Source: the human T2T-CHM13v2.0 reference genome, Homo sapiens. From it: a DNA stretch of 64,000 bases. Each line of letters starts with the position of its first letter. Positions within the stretch are counted from its first letter, which is position 1. Below are positions 1-21,638 of this stretch, piece by piece. Location: the NCBI RefSeq assembly GCF_009914755.1, contig NC_060948.1; one strand, 5' to 3'. The translations under genes and the position numbers were made by a program. The notes below the pieces were generated by a model that was not told where the DNA came from, searched no databases, and saw only the letters and a program-made list of their open reading frames with translations.

Positions 1-460
1 CTGCATATGGAAAATACAGAGGATAATTTTTTAAATAACATATTTTGAAAGCCTTAACTAGTAATTTGAAGAGCTGGCATTTGAAAGGCCAGTATGAATA
101 TACCTTCAAAGCAGCAACACAGGTTCCCCATGAGAAAAAGCAAACACAGGGAAAATAAAAACACAAAGGTTCAATCTCTTCTGACCTTTGAAAGACACAG
201 CACAGACAGTGGTCCTTAGGACGAAGAGCAGGAGACCCCTAATTCCGTCACCATGGCGATAGGGCATAAACATTGCTGGGTGAGGGCACAATCCACATTG
301 TGAGGTCCAACTGCTGCCAGGAAGACAGGAGTGCTTTTACATAGACCGAAAGGTCATTGAAGGCTCAGAGTTTTGTTTCAAGAACTGAATCCCAAGCCCA
401 CACGTTATTAGGCTGCGCTTCTTAAAACAAGTTATGAGATGGGAAAAAGGGCACCCACAA

Positions 461-2313
<1,853 letters not shown>

Positions 2314-2880
2314 AGATCCATATTTTTTAAATGAAAAAAAATTTCAAAGGTACTCTGCTTGGTACAATAATCAAATGTATAAACTGAGGAATAAAACATA
2401 ACCATGAAACCTACTTATAACTGCATATGGAAAATACAGAGGATAATTTTTTAAATAACATATTTTGAAAGCCTTAACTAGTAATTTGAAGAGTTGGCAT
2501 TTGAAAGGCCAGTATGAATATACCTTCAAAGCAGCAACACAGGTTCCCCATGAGAAAAAGCAAACACAGGGAAAATAAAAACACAAAGGTTCAATCTCTT
2601 CTGACCTTTGAAAGACACAGCACAGACAGTGGTCCTTAGGACGAAGAGCAGGAGACCCCTAATTCCGTCACCATGGCGATAGGGCATAAACATTGCTGGG
2701 TGAGGGCACAATCCACATTGTGAGGTCCAACTGCTGCCAGGAAGACAGGAGTGCTTTTACATAGACCGAAAGGTCATTGAAGGCTCAGAGTTTTGTTTCA
2801 AGAACTGAATCCCAAGCCCACACGTTATTAGGCTGCGCTTCTTAAAACAAGTTATGAGATGGGAAAAAGGGCACCCACAA
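2314..2880. repeat. HSATI-like mixed-composition subunit between the Alu and the AT-rich domain (present in every unit)
   Basis: A ~570-bp non-simple segment from AGATCCATATTTTTTAAATG to GGGCACCCACAA. Its size and position match the HSATI component of the DYZ2 unit. The name comes from knowledge of the family, not from an alignment. Confidence 0.75.
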
Positions 2881-4418
2881 ACATACGTATACATTATGTA
2901 TATAATAATATACAGTATCATGTATATAATATATATAACCTATGTATAATATTGTTTTACATCCTGCATCTTATGTTATATATATTGTATAAAATATAAT
3001 AATTGATAATATATAAGTTTTATAATTATACAATATGACATATAGTATATATTATAATTTATGACATATATAATATATGTTATATGTCATATATAGAATA
3101 TATTATACGGTTAATATACGTATTAAATATAAATTATACATTCTATATATTATATATAATATATCTGTTATATATAATACCCATTATGCATAATATATAT
3201 ATTATGTCTATGTTATATATAGTATAAAACAACATATAATAATATATAATTGTATATATAAAATGCGACATATAATATATATTATATTTTATAACATATG
3301 AAATATATATTATATATTATATATAATACGTTGTATGTATAACACCTATATTAAATATATATTATATGACTATGTTATTAATTACATGTCACATGTGTTA
3401 TATATTATATATTTTACATAGAATATACCGGTTACATACAATATATACTATGTTACCTATAATGTATTATTTATTACATGTAAAATAAAGAATGCAATAT
3501 ATTATGTATAATTTATAATATACCATATGTGGAATGTCATATATATAACATATAATATATGATATATGATATACAGTATATGATATATAACATACAATAT
3601 ATGATTCCTAATACATATGGTATACAATATATATTTTATGATATGTATTCTATATGTTTTATATTCTGTTATATATAACTATTTGAAATTATATATAACT
3701 GTATAATATTTTATGTAAATATGTAATATAATATATATAACTATATAATATATTATATATAACTATATATTATGTTATATATACTTTTATAACATAATTT
3801 ACATAAAATATCATAATATAATATATATTATATTATTTCATATTACATAATATATATTACATATCACCCAATATAACTAACATACATAATATTATAATAT
3901 AGATTATATTATGTTATATTAAATATCATATATATCATGTATCATATATTCTATAATATATATTACACATTATATAATATGTACGTTGTCTATTATGTGA
4001 TATATATAACTCTATATATAATTATATTTTTATACATATAACTAGATAAACATGTAATTCTACATATTTTCATTTATAATATGTAGAATTATATAATCAT
4101 ATATAATTATTTATATTCTATAAAAAATTTTATCATTATATAAATTATAATATATAAAAATTATAATATGTACTACAAATATATATATTATATATCATAT
4201 ATGATATAGTACCTTTGTTATATATCATAATACATATAAATGTGTATTATGTTATCTATAATTATATAATTTCATATATAAGATGTATAATATGTATCAT
4301 ATATTATATATGTTATGTAATATATGTAGTATATATAAGATGACACAGGATAAATATTATATACTATGACATATAAAATATATCAGGTTATATGTTACAT
4401 ATAAGGCATAGCACATAA

Positions 4419-4733
<315 letters not shown>

Positions 4734-6838
4734 AGATCCATATTTTTTAAATGAAAAAAAATTTCAAAGGTACTCTGCTTGGTACAATAATCAAATGTAT
4801 AAACTGAGGAATAAAACATAACCATGAAACCTACTTATAACTGCATATGGAAAATACAGAGGATAATTTTTTAAATAACATATTTTGAAAGCCTTAACTA
4901 GTAATTTGAAGAGCTGGCATTTGAAAGGCCAGTATGAATATACCTTCAAAGCAGCAACACAGGTTCCCCATGAGAAAAAGCAAACACAGGGAAAATAAAA
5001 ACACAAAGGTTCAATCTCTTCTGAGCTTTGAAAGACACAGCACAGACAGTGGTCCTTAGGACGAAGAGCAGGAGACCCCTAATTCCGTCACCATGGCGAT
5101 AGGGCATAAACATTGCTGGGTGAGGGCACAATCCACATTGTGAGGTCCAACTGCTGCCAGGAAGACAGGAGTGCTTTTACATAGACCGAAAGGTCATTGA
5201 AGGCTCAGAGTTTTGTTTCAAGAACTGAATCCCAAGCCCACACGTTATTAGGCTGCGCTTCTTAAAACAAGTTATGAGATGGGAAAAAGGGCACCCACAA
5301 ACATACGTATACATTATGTATATAATAATATACAGTATCATATATATAATATATATAACCTATGTATAATATTGTTTTACATCCTGCATCTTATGTTATA
5401 TATATTGTATAAAATATAATAATTGATAATATATAAGTTTTATAATTATACAATATGACATATAGTATATATTATAATTTATGACATATATAATATATGT
5501 TATATATCATATATAGAATATATTATACGGTTAATATACGTATTAAATATAAATTATACATTATATACATTATATATAATATATCTGTTATATATAATAC
5601 CCATTATGCATAATATATATATTATGTCTATGTTATATATAGTATAAAACAACATATAATAATATATAATTGTATATATAAAATGCGACATATAATATAT
5701 ATTATATTTTATAACGTATGTAATATATATTATATATTATATATAATACGTTGTATGTATAATACCTATATTAAATATATATTATATGACTATGTTATTA
5801 ATTACATGTCACATGTGTTATATATTATATATTTTACATAGAATATACCGGTTACATACAATATATACTATGTTACCTATAATGTATAATTTATTACATG
5901 TAAAATAAAGAATGCAATATATTATGTATAATTTATAATATACCATATGTGGAATGTGATATATATAACATATAATATATGATATATGATATACAGTATA
6001 TGATGTATAACATACAGTATATGATTCCTAATATATATGGTATACAATATATATTTTATGATATGTATTCTCTATGTTTTATATTCTGTTATATATAACT
6101 ATTTGAAATTATATATAACTGTATAATATTTTATGTAAATATGTAATATAATATATATAACTATATAATATATTATATATAACTATATATTATGTTATAT
6201 ATACTTTTATAACATAATTTACATAAAATATCATAATATAATATATATTATATTATTTCATATTACATAATATATATTACATATCACCCAATATAACAAA
6301 CATACATAATATTATAATATAGATTATATTGTGTTATATTAAATATCATATATATCATGTATCATATATTCTATAATATATATTAAACATTATATAATAT
6401 GTACGTTGTCTATTATGTGATATATATAACTATATATATAATTATATTTTTATACATATAACTGGATAAACATGTAATTCTACATATTTTCATTTATAAT
6501 ATGTAGAATTATTTAATCATATATAATTTTTTATATTCTATAAAAAATTTTATCATTTTATAAATTATAATATATAAAAATTATAATATGTACTACAAAT
6601 ATATATATTATATATCATATATGATATAGTACCTTTGTTATATATCATAATACATATAAATGTGTATTATGTTATCTATAATTATATAATTTCATATATA
6701 AGATGTATAATATGTATCATATATTATATATGTTATGTAATATATATAGTATATATAAGATGACACAGGATAAATATTATATACTATGACATATAAAATA
6801 TATGAGGTTATATGTTACATATAAGGCATAGCACATAA

Positions 6839-7153
<315 letters not shown>

Positions 7154-9274
7154 AGATCCATATTTTTTAAATGAAAAAAAATTTCAAAGGTACTCTGCTT
7201 GGTACAATAATCAAATGTATAAACTGAGGAATAAAACATAACCATGAAACCTACTTATAACTGCATATGGAAAATACAGAGGATAATTTTTTAAATAACA
7301 TATTTTGAAAGCCTTAACTAGTAATTTGAAGAGTTGGCATTTGAAAGGCCAGTATGAATATACCTTCAAAGCAGCAACACAGGTTCCCCATGAGAAAAAG
7401 CAAACACAGGGAAAATAAAAACACAAAGGTTCAATCTCTTCTGACCTTTGAAAGACACAGCACAGACAGTGGTCCTTAGGACGAAGAGCAGGAGACCCCT
7501 AATTCCGTCACCATGGCGATAGGGCATAAACATTGCTGGGTGAGGGCACAATCCACATTGTGAGGTCCAACTGCTGCCAGGAAGACAGGAGTGCTTTTAC
7601 ATAGACCGAAAGGTCATTGAAGGCTCAGAGTTTTGTTTCAAGAACTGAATCCCAAGCCCACACGTTATTAGGCTGCGCTTCTTAAAACAAGTTATGAGAT
7701 GGGAAAAAGGGCACCCACAAACATACGTATACATTATGTATATAATAATATACAGGATCATATATATAATATATATAACCTATGTATAATATTGTTTTAC
7801 ATCCTGCATCTTATGTTATATATATTGTATAAAATATAATAATTGATAATATATAAGTTTTATAATTATACAATATGACATATAGTATATATTATAATTT
7901 ATGACATATATAATATATGTTATATATCATATATAGAATATATTATACGGTTAATATACGTATTAAATATAAATTATACATTATATATATTATATATAAT
8001 ATATCTGTTATATATAATACCCATTATGCATAATATATATATTATGTCTATGTTATATATAGTATAAAACAACATATAATAATATATAATTGTATATATA
8101 AAATGCGACATATAATATATATTATATTTTATAACATATGTAATATATATTATATATAATACGTTGTATGTATAATACCTATATTAAATATATATTATAT
8201 GACTATGTTATTAATTACATGTCACATGTGTTATATATTATATATTTTACATAGAATATACCGGTTACATACAATATATACTATGTTACCTATAATGTAT
8301 AATTTATTACATGTAAAATAAAGAATGCAATATATTATGTATAATTTATAATATACAATATGTGGAATGTGATATATGTAACATATAATATATGATATAT
8401 GATATACAGTATATGATATATAACATACAGTATATGATTCCTAATATATATGGTATACAATATATATTTTATGATATGTATTCTATATGTTTTATATTCT
8501 GTTATATATAACTATTTGAAATTATATATAACTGTATAATATTTTATGTAAATATGTAATATAATATATATAACTATATAATATATTATATATAACTATA
8601 TATTATGTTATATATACTTTTATAACATAATTTACATAAAATAGCATAATATAATATATATTATATTATTTCATATTACATAATATATATTACATATCAC
8701 CCAATATAACTAACATACATAATATTATAATATAGATTATATTATGTTATATTAAATATCTTATATATCATGTATCATATATTCTATAATATATATTACA
8801 CACTATATAATATGTAAGTTGTCTATTATGTGATATATATAACTATATATATAATTATATTTTTATACATATAACTAGATAAACATGTAATTCTACATAT
8901 TTTCATTTATAATATGTAGAATTATATAATCATATATAATTATTTATATTCTATAAAAAATTTTATCATTCTATAAATTATAATATATAAAAATTATAAT
9001 ATGTACTACAAATATATATATTATATATCATATATGATATAGTACCTTTGTTATATATCATAATACATATAAATGTGTATTATGTTATCTATAATTATAT
9101 AATTTCATATATAAGATGTATAATATGTATCATATATTATATATGTTATGTAATATATATAGTATATATAAGATGACACAGGATAAATATTATATACTAT
9201 GACATATAAAATATATGAGGTTATATGTTACATATAAGGCATAGCACATAACATGTAATATATATCATGTATAA

Positions 9275-9556
<282 letters not shown>

Positions 9557-11684
9557 AGATCCATATTTTTTAAATGAAAAAAAATTTCAAAGGTACTCTG
9601 CTTGGTACAATAATCAAATGTATAAACTGAGGAATAAAACATAACCATGAAACCTACTTATAACTGCATATGGAAAATACAGAGGATAATTTTTTAAATA
9701 ACATATTTTGAAAGCCTTAACTAGTAATTTGAAGAGTTGGCATTTGAAAGGCCTGTATGAATATACCTTCAAAGCAGCAACACAGGTTCCCCATGAGAAA
9801 AAGCAAACACAGGGAAAATAAAAACACAAAGGTTCAATCTCTTCTGACCTTTGAAAGACACAGCACAGACAGTGGTCCTTAGGACGAAGAGCAGGAGACC
9901 CCTAATTCCGTCACTATGGCGATAGGGCATAAACATTGCTGGGTGAGGGCACAATCCACATTGTGAGGTCCAACTGCTGCCAGGAAGACAGGAGTGCTTT
10001 TACATAGACCGAAAGGTCATTGAAGGCTCAGAGTTTTGTTTCAAGAACTGAATCCCAAGCCCACACGTTATTAGGCTGCGCTTCTTAAAACAAGTTATGA
10101 GATGGGAAAAAGGGCACCCACAAACATACGTATACATTATGTATATAATAATATACAGTATCATATATATAATATATATAACCTATGTATAATATTGTTT
10201 TACATCCTGCATCTTATGTTATATATATTGTATAAAATATAATAATTGATTATATATAAGTTTTATAATTATACAATATGACATATAGTATATATTATAA
10301 TTTATGACATATATAATATATGTTATATATCATATATAGAATATATTATACGGTTAATATACGTATTAAATATAAATTATACATTATATACATTATATAT
10401 AATATATCTGTTATATATAATACCCATTATGCATAATATATATATTATGTCTATGTTATATATAGTATAAAACAACATATAATAATATATAATTGTATAT
10501 ATAAAATGCGACATATAATATATATTATATTTTATAACGTATGTAATATATATTATATATTATATATAATACGTTGTATGTATAATACCTATATTAAATA
10601 TATATTATATGACTATGTTATTAATTACATATCACATGTGTTATATATTATATATTTTACATAGAATATACCGGTTACATACAATATATACTATGTTACC
10701 TATAATGTATAATTTATTACATGTAAAATAAAGAATGCAATATATTATGTATAATTTATAATATACCATATGTGGAATGTGATATATATAACATATAATA
10801 TATGAGATATGATATACAGTATATGATGTATAACATACAGTATATGATTCCTAATATATATGGTATACAATATATATTTTATGATATGTATTCTCTATGT
10901 TTTATATTCTGTTATATATAACTATTTGAAATTATATATAACTGTATAATATTTTATGTAAATATGTAATATAATATATATAACTATATAATATATTATA
11001 TATAACTATATATTATGTTATATATACTTTTATAACATAATTTACATAAAATAGCATAATATAATATATATTATATTATTTCATATTACATAATATATAT
11101 TACATATCACCCAATATAACTAACATACATAATATTATAATATAGATTATATTATGTTATATTAAATATCTTATATATCATGTATCATATATTCTATAAT
11201 ATATATTACACACTATATAATATGTAAGTTGTCTATTATGTGATATATATAACTATATATATAATTATATTTTTATACATATAACTAGATAAACATGTAA
11301 TTCTACATATTTTCATTTATAATATGTAGAATTATATAATCATATATAATTATTTATATTCTATAAAAAATTTTATCATTCTATAAATTATAATATATAA
11401 AAATTATAATATGTACTACAAATATATATATTATATATCATATATGATATAGTACCTTTGTTATATATCATAATACATATAAATGTGTATTATGTTATCT
11501 ATAATTATATAATTTCATATATAAGATGTATAATATGTATCATATATTATATATGTTATGTAATATATATAGTATATATAAGATGACACAGGATAAATAT
11601 TATATACTATGACATATAAAATATATGAGGTTATATGTTACATATAAGGCATAGCACATAACATGTAATATATATCATGTATAA

Positions 11685-11966
<282 letters not shown>

Positions 11967-14071
11967 AGATCCATATTTTTTAAATGAAAAAAAATTTCAA
12001 AGGTACTCTGCTTGGTACAATAATCAAATGTATAAACTGAGGAATAAAACATAACCATGAAACCTACTTATAACTGCATATGGAAAATACAGAGGATAAT
12101 TTTTTAAATAACATATTTTGAAAGCCTTAACTAGTAATTTGAAGAGTTGGCATTTGAAAGGCCTGTATGAATATACCTTCAAAGCAGCAACACAGGTTCC
12201 CCATGAGAAAAAGCAAACACAGGGAAAATAAAAACACAAAGGTTCAATCTCTTCTGACCTTTGAAAGACACAGCACAGACAGTGGTCCTTAGGACGAAGA
12301 GCAGGAGACCCCTAATTCCGTCACTATGGCGATAGGGCATAAACATTGCTGGGTGAGGGCACAATCCACATTGTGAGGTCCAACTGCTGCCAGGAAGACA
12401 GGAGTGCTTTTACATAGACCGAAAGGTCATTGAAGGCTCAGAGTTTTGTTTCAAGAACTGAATCCCAAGCCCACACGTTATTAGGCTGCGCTTCTTAAAA
12501 CAAGTTATGAGATGGGAAAAAGGGCACCCACAAACATACGTATACATTATGTATATAATAATATACAGTATCATATATATAATATATATAACCTATGTAT
12601 AATATTGTTTTACATCCTGCATCTTATGTTATATATATTGTATAAAATATAATAATTGATTATATATAAGTTTTATAATTATACAATATGACATATAGTA
12701 TATATTATAATTTATGACATATATAATATATGTTATATATCATATATAGAATATATTATACGGTTAATATACGTATTAAATATAAATTATACATTATATA
12801 CATTATATATAATATATCTGTTATATATAATACCCATTATGCATAATATATATATTATGTCTATGTTATATATAGTATAAAACAACATATAATAATATAT
12901 AATTGTATATATAAAATGCGACATATAATATATATTATATTTTATAACGTATGTAATATATATTATATATTATATATAATACGTTGTATGTATAATACCT
13001 ATATTAAATATATATTATATGACTATGTTATTAATTACATATCACATGTGTTATATATTATATATTTTACATAGAATATACCGGTTACATACAATATATA
13101 CTATGTTACCTATAATGTATAATTTATTACATGTAAAATAAAGAATGCAATATATTATGTATAATTTATAATATACCATATGTGGAATGTGATATATATA
13201 ACATATAATATATGAGATATGATATACAGTATATGATGTATAACATACAGTATATGATTCCTAATATATATGGTATACAATATATATTTTATGATATGTA
13301 TTCTCTATGTTTTATATTCTGTTATATATAACTATTTGAAATTATATATAACTGTATAATATTTTATGTAAATATGTAATATAATATATATAACTATATA
13401 ATATATTATATATAACTATATATTATGTTATATATACTTTTATAACATAATTTACATAAAATATCATAATATAATATATATTATATTATTTCATATTACA
13501 TAATATATATTACATATCACCCAATATAACAAACATACATAATATTATAATATAGATTATATTGTGTTATATTAAATATCATATATATCATGTATCATAT
13601 ATTCTATAATATATATTAAACATTATATAATATGTACGTTGTCTATTATGTGATATATATAACTATATATATAATTATATTTTTATACATATAACTGGAT
13701 AAACATGTAATTCTACATATTTTCATTTATAATATGTAGAATTATTTAATCATATATAATTTTTTATATTCTATAAAAAATTTTATCATTTTATAAATTA
13801 TAATATATAAAAATTATAATATGTACTACAAATATATATATTATATATCATATATGATATAGTACCTTTGTTATATATCATAATACATATAAATGTGTAT
13901 TATGTTATCTATAATTATATAATTTCATATATAAGATGTATAATATGTATCATATATTATATATGTTATGTAATATATATAGTATATATAAGATGACACA
14001 GGATAAATATTATATACTATGACATATAAAATATATGAGGTTATATGTTACATATAAGGCATAGCACATAA

Positions 14072-14386
<315 letters not shown>

Positions 14387-16484
14387 AGATCCATATTTTT
14401 TAAATGAAAAAAAATTTCAAAGGTACTCTGCTTGGTACAATAATCAAATGTATAAACTGAGGAATAAAACATAACCATGAAACCTACTTATAACTGCATA
14501 TGGAAAATACAGAGGATAATTTTTTAAATAACATATTTTGAAAGCCTTAACTAGTAATTTGAAGAGTTGGCATTTGAAAGGCCAGTATGAATATACCTTC
14601 AAAGCAGCAACACAGGTTCCCCATGAGAAAAAGCAAACACAGGGAAAATAAAAACACAAAGGTTCAATCTCTTCTGACCTTTGAAAGACACAGCACAGAC
14701 AGTGGTCCTTAGGACGAAGAGCAGGAGACCCCTAATTCCGTCACCATGGCGATAGGGCATAAACATTGCTGGGTGAGGGCACAATCCACATTGTGAGGTC
14801 CAACTGCTGCCAGGAAGACAGGAGTGCTTTTACATAGACCGAAAGGTCATTGAAGGCTCAGAGTTTTGTTTCAAGAACTGAATCCCAAGCCCACACGTTA
14901 TTAGGCTGCGCTTCTTAAAACAAGTTATGAGATGGGAAAAAGGGCACCCACAAACATACGTATACATTATGTATATAATAATATACAGGATCATATATAT
15001 AATATATATAACCTATGTATAATATTGTTTTACATCCTGCATCTTATGTTATATATATTGTATAAAATATAATAATTGATAATATATAAGTTTTATAATT
15101 ATACAATATGACATATAGTATATATTATAATTTATGACATATATAATATATGTTATATATCATATATAGAATATATTATACGGTTAATATACGTATTAAA
15201 TATAAATTATACATTATATATATTATATATAATATATCTGTTATATATAATACCCATTATGCATAATATATATATTATGTCTATGTTATATATAGTATAA
15301 AACAACATATAATAATATATAATTGTATATATAAAATGCGACATATAATATATATTATATTTTATAACATATGTAATATATATTATATATAATACGTTGT
15401 ATGTATAATACCTATATTAAATATATATTATATGACTATGTTATTAATTACATGTCACATGTGTTATATATTATATATTTTACATAGAATATACCGGTTA
15501 CATACAATATATACTATGTTACCTATAATGTATAATTTATTACATGTAAAATAAAGAATGCAATATATTATGTATAATTTATAATATACAATATGTGGAA
15601 TGTGATATATGTAACATATAATATATGATATATGATATACAGTATATGATATATAACATACAGTATATGATTCCTAATATATATGGTATACAATATATAT
15701 TTTATGATATGTATTCTATATGTTTTATATTCTGTTATATATAACTATTTGAAATTATATATAACTGTATAATATTTTATGTAAATATGTAATATAATAT
15801 ATATAACTATATAATATATTATATATAACTATATATTATGTTATATATACTTTTATAACATAATTTACATAAAATAGCATAATATAATATATATTATATT
15901 ATTTCATATTACATAATATATATTACATATCACCCAATATAACTAACATACATAATATTATAATATAGATTATATTATGTTATATTAAATATCTTATATA
16001 TCATGTATCATATATTCTATAATATATATTACACACTATATAATATGTATGTTGTCTATTATGTGATATATATAACTATATATATAATTATATTTTTATA
16101 CATATAACTAGATAAACATGTAATTCTACATATTTTCATTTATAATATGTAGAATTATATAATCATATATAATTATTTATATTCTATAAAAAATTTTATC
16201 ATTCTATAAATTATAATATATAAAAATTATAATATGTACTACAAATATATATATTATATATCATATATGATATAGTACCTTTGTTATATATCATAATACA
16301 TATAAATGTGTATTATGTTATCTATAATTATATAATTTCATATATAAGATGTATAATATGTATCATATATTATATATGTTATGTAATATATATAGTATAT
16401 ATAAGATGACACAGGATAAATATTATATACTATGACATATAAAATATATGAGGTTATATGTTACATATAAGGCATAGCACATAA

Positions 16485-16799
<315 letters not shown>

Positions 16800-18908
16800 A
16801 GATCCATATTTTTTAAATGAAAAAAAATTTCAAAGGTACTCTGCTTGGTACAATAATCAAATGTATAAACTGAGGAATAAAACATAACCATGAAACCTAC
16901 TTATAACTGCATATGGAAAATACAGAGGATAATTTTTTAAATAACATATTTTGAAAGCCTTAACTAGTAATTTGAAGAGTTGGCATTTGAAAGGCCAGTA
17001 TGAATATACCTTCAAAGCAGCAACACAGGTTCCCCATGAGAAAAAGCAAACACAGGGAAAATAAAAACACAAAGGTTCAATCTCTTCTGACCTTTGAAAG
17101 ACACAGCACAGACAGTGGTCCTTAGGACGAAGAGCAGGAGACCCCTAATTCCGTCACCATGGCGATAGGGCATAAACATTGCTGGGTGAGGGCACAATCC
17201 ACATTGTGAGGTCCAACTGCTGCCAGGAAGAGAGGAGTGCTTTTACATAGACCGAAAGGTCATTGAAGGCTCAGAGTTTTGTTTCAAGAACTGAATCCCA
17301 AGCCCACACGTTATTAGGCTGCGCTTCTTAAAACAAGTTATGAGATGGGAAAAAGGGCACCCACAAACATACGTATACATTATGTATATAATAATATACA
17401 GTATCATATATATAATATATATAACCTATGTATAATATTGTTTTACATCCTGCATCTTATGTTATATATATTGTATAAAATATAATAATTGATAATATAT
17501 AAGTTTTATAATTATACAATATGACATATAGTATATATTATAATTTATGACATATATAATATATGTTATATATACATCATATGTAGAATATATTATACGG
17601 TTAATATACGAATTAAATATAAATTATACATTATATATATTATATATAATATATCTGTTATATATAATACCCGTTATGCATAATATATATATTATGTCTA
17701 TGTTATATATAGTATAAAACAACATATAATAATATATAATTGTATATATAAAATGCGACATATAATATATATTATATTTTATAACATATGTAGTATATAT
17801 TATATATTATATATAATACGTTGTATGTATAATACCTATATTAAATATATATTATATGACTATGTTATTAATTACATGTCACATGTGTTATATATTATAT
17901 ATTTTACATAGAATATACCGGTAACATACAATATATACTATGTTACCTATAATGTATAATTTATTACATGTAAAATAAAGAATGCAATATATTATGTATA
18001 ATTTATAATATACCATATGTGGAATGTGATATATATAACATATAATATATGATATATGATATACAGTATATGATATATAACATACAATATATGATTCCTA
18101 ATATATATGGTATACAATATATATTTTATGATATGTATTCTATATGTTTTATATTCTGTTATATATAAATATTTGAAATTATATATAACTGTATAATATT
18201 TTATGTAAATATGTAATATAATATATATAACTATATAATATATTATATATAACTATATATTATGTTATATATACTTTTATAACATAATTTACATAAAATA
18301 TCATAATATAATATATATTATATTATTTCATAATACATAATATATATTACATATCACCCAATATAACTAACATACATAATATTATAATATAGATTATATT
18401 ATGTTATATTAAATATCATATATATCATGTATCATATATTCTATAATATATATTACACATTATATAATATGTATGTTGTCTATTATGTGATATATATAAC
18501 TATATATATAATTATATTTTTATACATATAACTGGATAAACATGTAATTCTACATCTTTTCATTTATAATATGTAGAATTATATAATCATATATAATTAT
18601 TTATATTCTATAAAAAATTTTATCTTTATATAAATTATAATATATAAAAATTATAATATGTACTACACATATATATATTATATATCATATATGATATAGT
18701 ACCATTGTTATATATCATAATACATATAAATGTGTATTATGTTATCTATAATTATATAATTTCATATATAAGATGTATATTATGTATCATATATTATATA
18801 TGTTATGTAATATATATAGTATATATAAGATGACACAGGATAAATATTATATACTATGACATATAAAATATATGAGGTTATATGTTACATATAAGGCATA
18901 GCACATAA

Positions 18909-19223
<315 letters not shown>

Positions 19224-21323
19224 AGATCCATATTTTTTAAATGAAAAAAAATTTCAAAGGTACTCTGCTTGGTACAATAATCAAATGTGTAAACTGAGGA
19301 ATAAAACATAACCATGAAACCTACTTATAACTGCATATGGAAAATACAGAGGATAATTTTTTAAATAACATATTTTGAAAGCCTTAACTAGTAATTTGAA
19401 GAGTTGGCATTTGAAAGGCCAGTATGAATATACCTTCAAAGCAGCAACACAGGTTCCCCATGAGAAAAAGCAAACACAGGGAAAATAAAAACACAAAGGT
19501 TCAATCTCTTCTGACCTTTGAAAGACACAGCACAGACAGTGGTCCTTAGGACGAAGAGCAGGAGACCCCTAATTCCGTCACCATGGCGATAGGGCATAAA
19601 CATTGCTGGGTGAGGGCACAATCCACATTGTGAGGTCCAACTGCTGCCAGGAAGACAGGAGTGCTTTTACATAGACCGAAAGGTCATTGAAGGCTCAGAG
19701 TTTTGTTTCAAGAACTGAATCCCAAGCCCACACGTTATTAGGCTGCGCTTCTTAAAACAAGTTATGAGATGGGAAAAAGGGCACCCACAAATATACGTAT
19801 ACATTATGTATATAATAATATACAGTATCATATATATAATATATATAACCTATGTATAATATTGTTTTACATCCTGCATCCTATGTTATATATATTGTAT
19901 AAAATATAATAATTGATAATATATAAGTTTTATAATTATACAATATGACATATAGTATATATTATAATTTATGACATATATAATATATGTTATATATCAT
20001 ATATAGAATATATTATACGGTTAATATACGTATGAAATATAAATTATACATTATATATATTATATATAATATATCTGTTATATATAATACCCATTATGCA
20101 TAATATATATATTATGTCTATGTTATATATAGTATAAAACAACATATCATAATATATAATTGTATATATAAAATGCGACATATAATATATATTATATTTT
20201 ATAACATATGTAATATATATTATATATAATACGTTGTATGTATAATACCTATATTAAATATATATTATATGACTATGTTATTAATTACTTGTCACATGTG
20301 TTATATATTATATATTTTACATAGAATATACCGGTTACATACAATATATACTATGTTACCTATAATGTATAATTTATTACATGTAAAATAAAGAATGCAA
20401 TATATTATGTATAATTTATAATATACAATATGTGGAATGTGATATATGTAACATATAATATATGATATATGATATACAGTATATGATATATAACATACAA
20501 TATATGATTCCTAATATATATGGTATACAATATATATTTTATGATATGTATTCTATATGTTTTATATTCTGTTATATATAACTATTTGAAATTATATATA
20601 ACTGTATAATATTTTATGTAAATATGTAATATAATATATATAACTATATAATATGTTATATATAACTATATATTATGTTATATATACTTTTATAACATAA
20701 TTTACATAAAATATCATAATATAATATATATTATATTATTTCATATTACATTATATATATTTCATATCACCCAAGATAACTAACATACATAATATTATAA
20801 TATAGATTATATTATGTTATATTAAATATCATATATATCATGTATCATATATTCTATAATATATATTACACATTATATAATATGTATGTTGTCTATTATG
20901 TGATATATATAACTATATATATAATTATATTTTTATACATATAACTAGATAAACATGTAATTCTACATATTTTCATTTATAATATGTAGAATTATATAAT
21001 CATATATAATTATTTATATTCTATAAAAAATTTTATCATTATATAAATTATAATATATAAAAATTATAATATGTACTACAAATATATATATATTATATAT
21101 CATATATGATATAGTACCTTTGTTATATATCATAATACATATAAATGTGTATTATGTTATCTATAATTATATAATTTCATATATAAGATGTATAATATGT
21201 ATCATATATTATATATGTTATGTAATATATATAGTATATATAAGATGACACAGGATAAATATTATATACTATGACATATAAAATATATGAGGTTATATGT
21301 TACATATAAGGCATAGCACATAA

Positions 21324-21638
<315 letters not shown>

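Noticed and set aside
106-291. 61-aa minus-strand ORF (MCPHPAMF...) repeated in all 27 units
   Set aside because: It has no recognisable protein family and a non-ATG start (the reverse complement of 289-291 is TTG). Its conservation only reflects ~99% nucleotide identity, and most of the variants I noticed change amino acids.
2371-2586. 71-aa minus-strand ORF (MCFYFPCV...)
   Set aside because: It overlaps the 61-aa ORF and is broken by a stop in every unit with the AAACTCAGG variant. It shows no homology I recognise.
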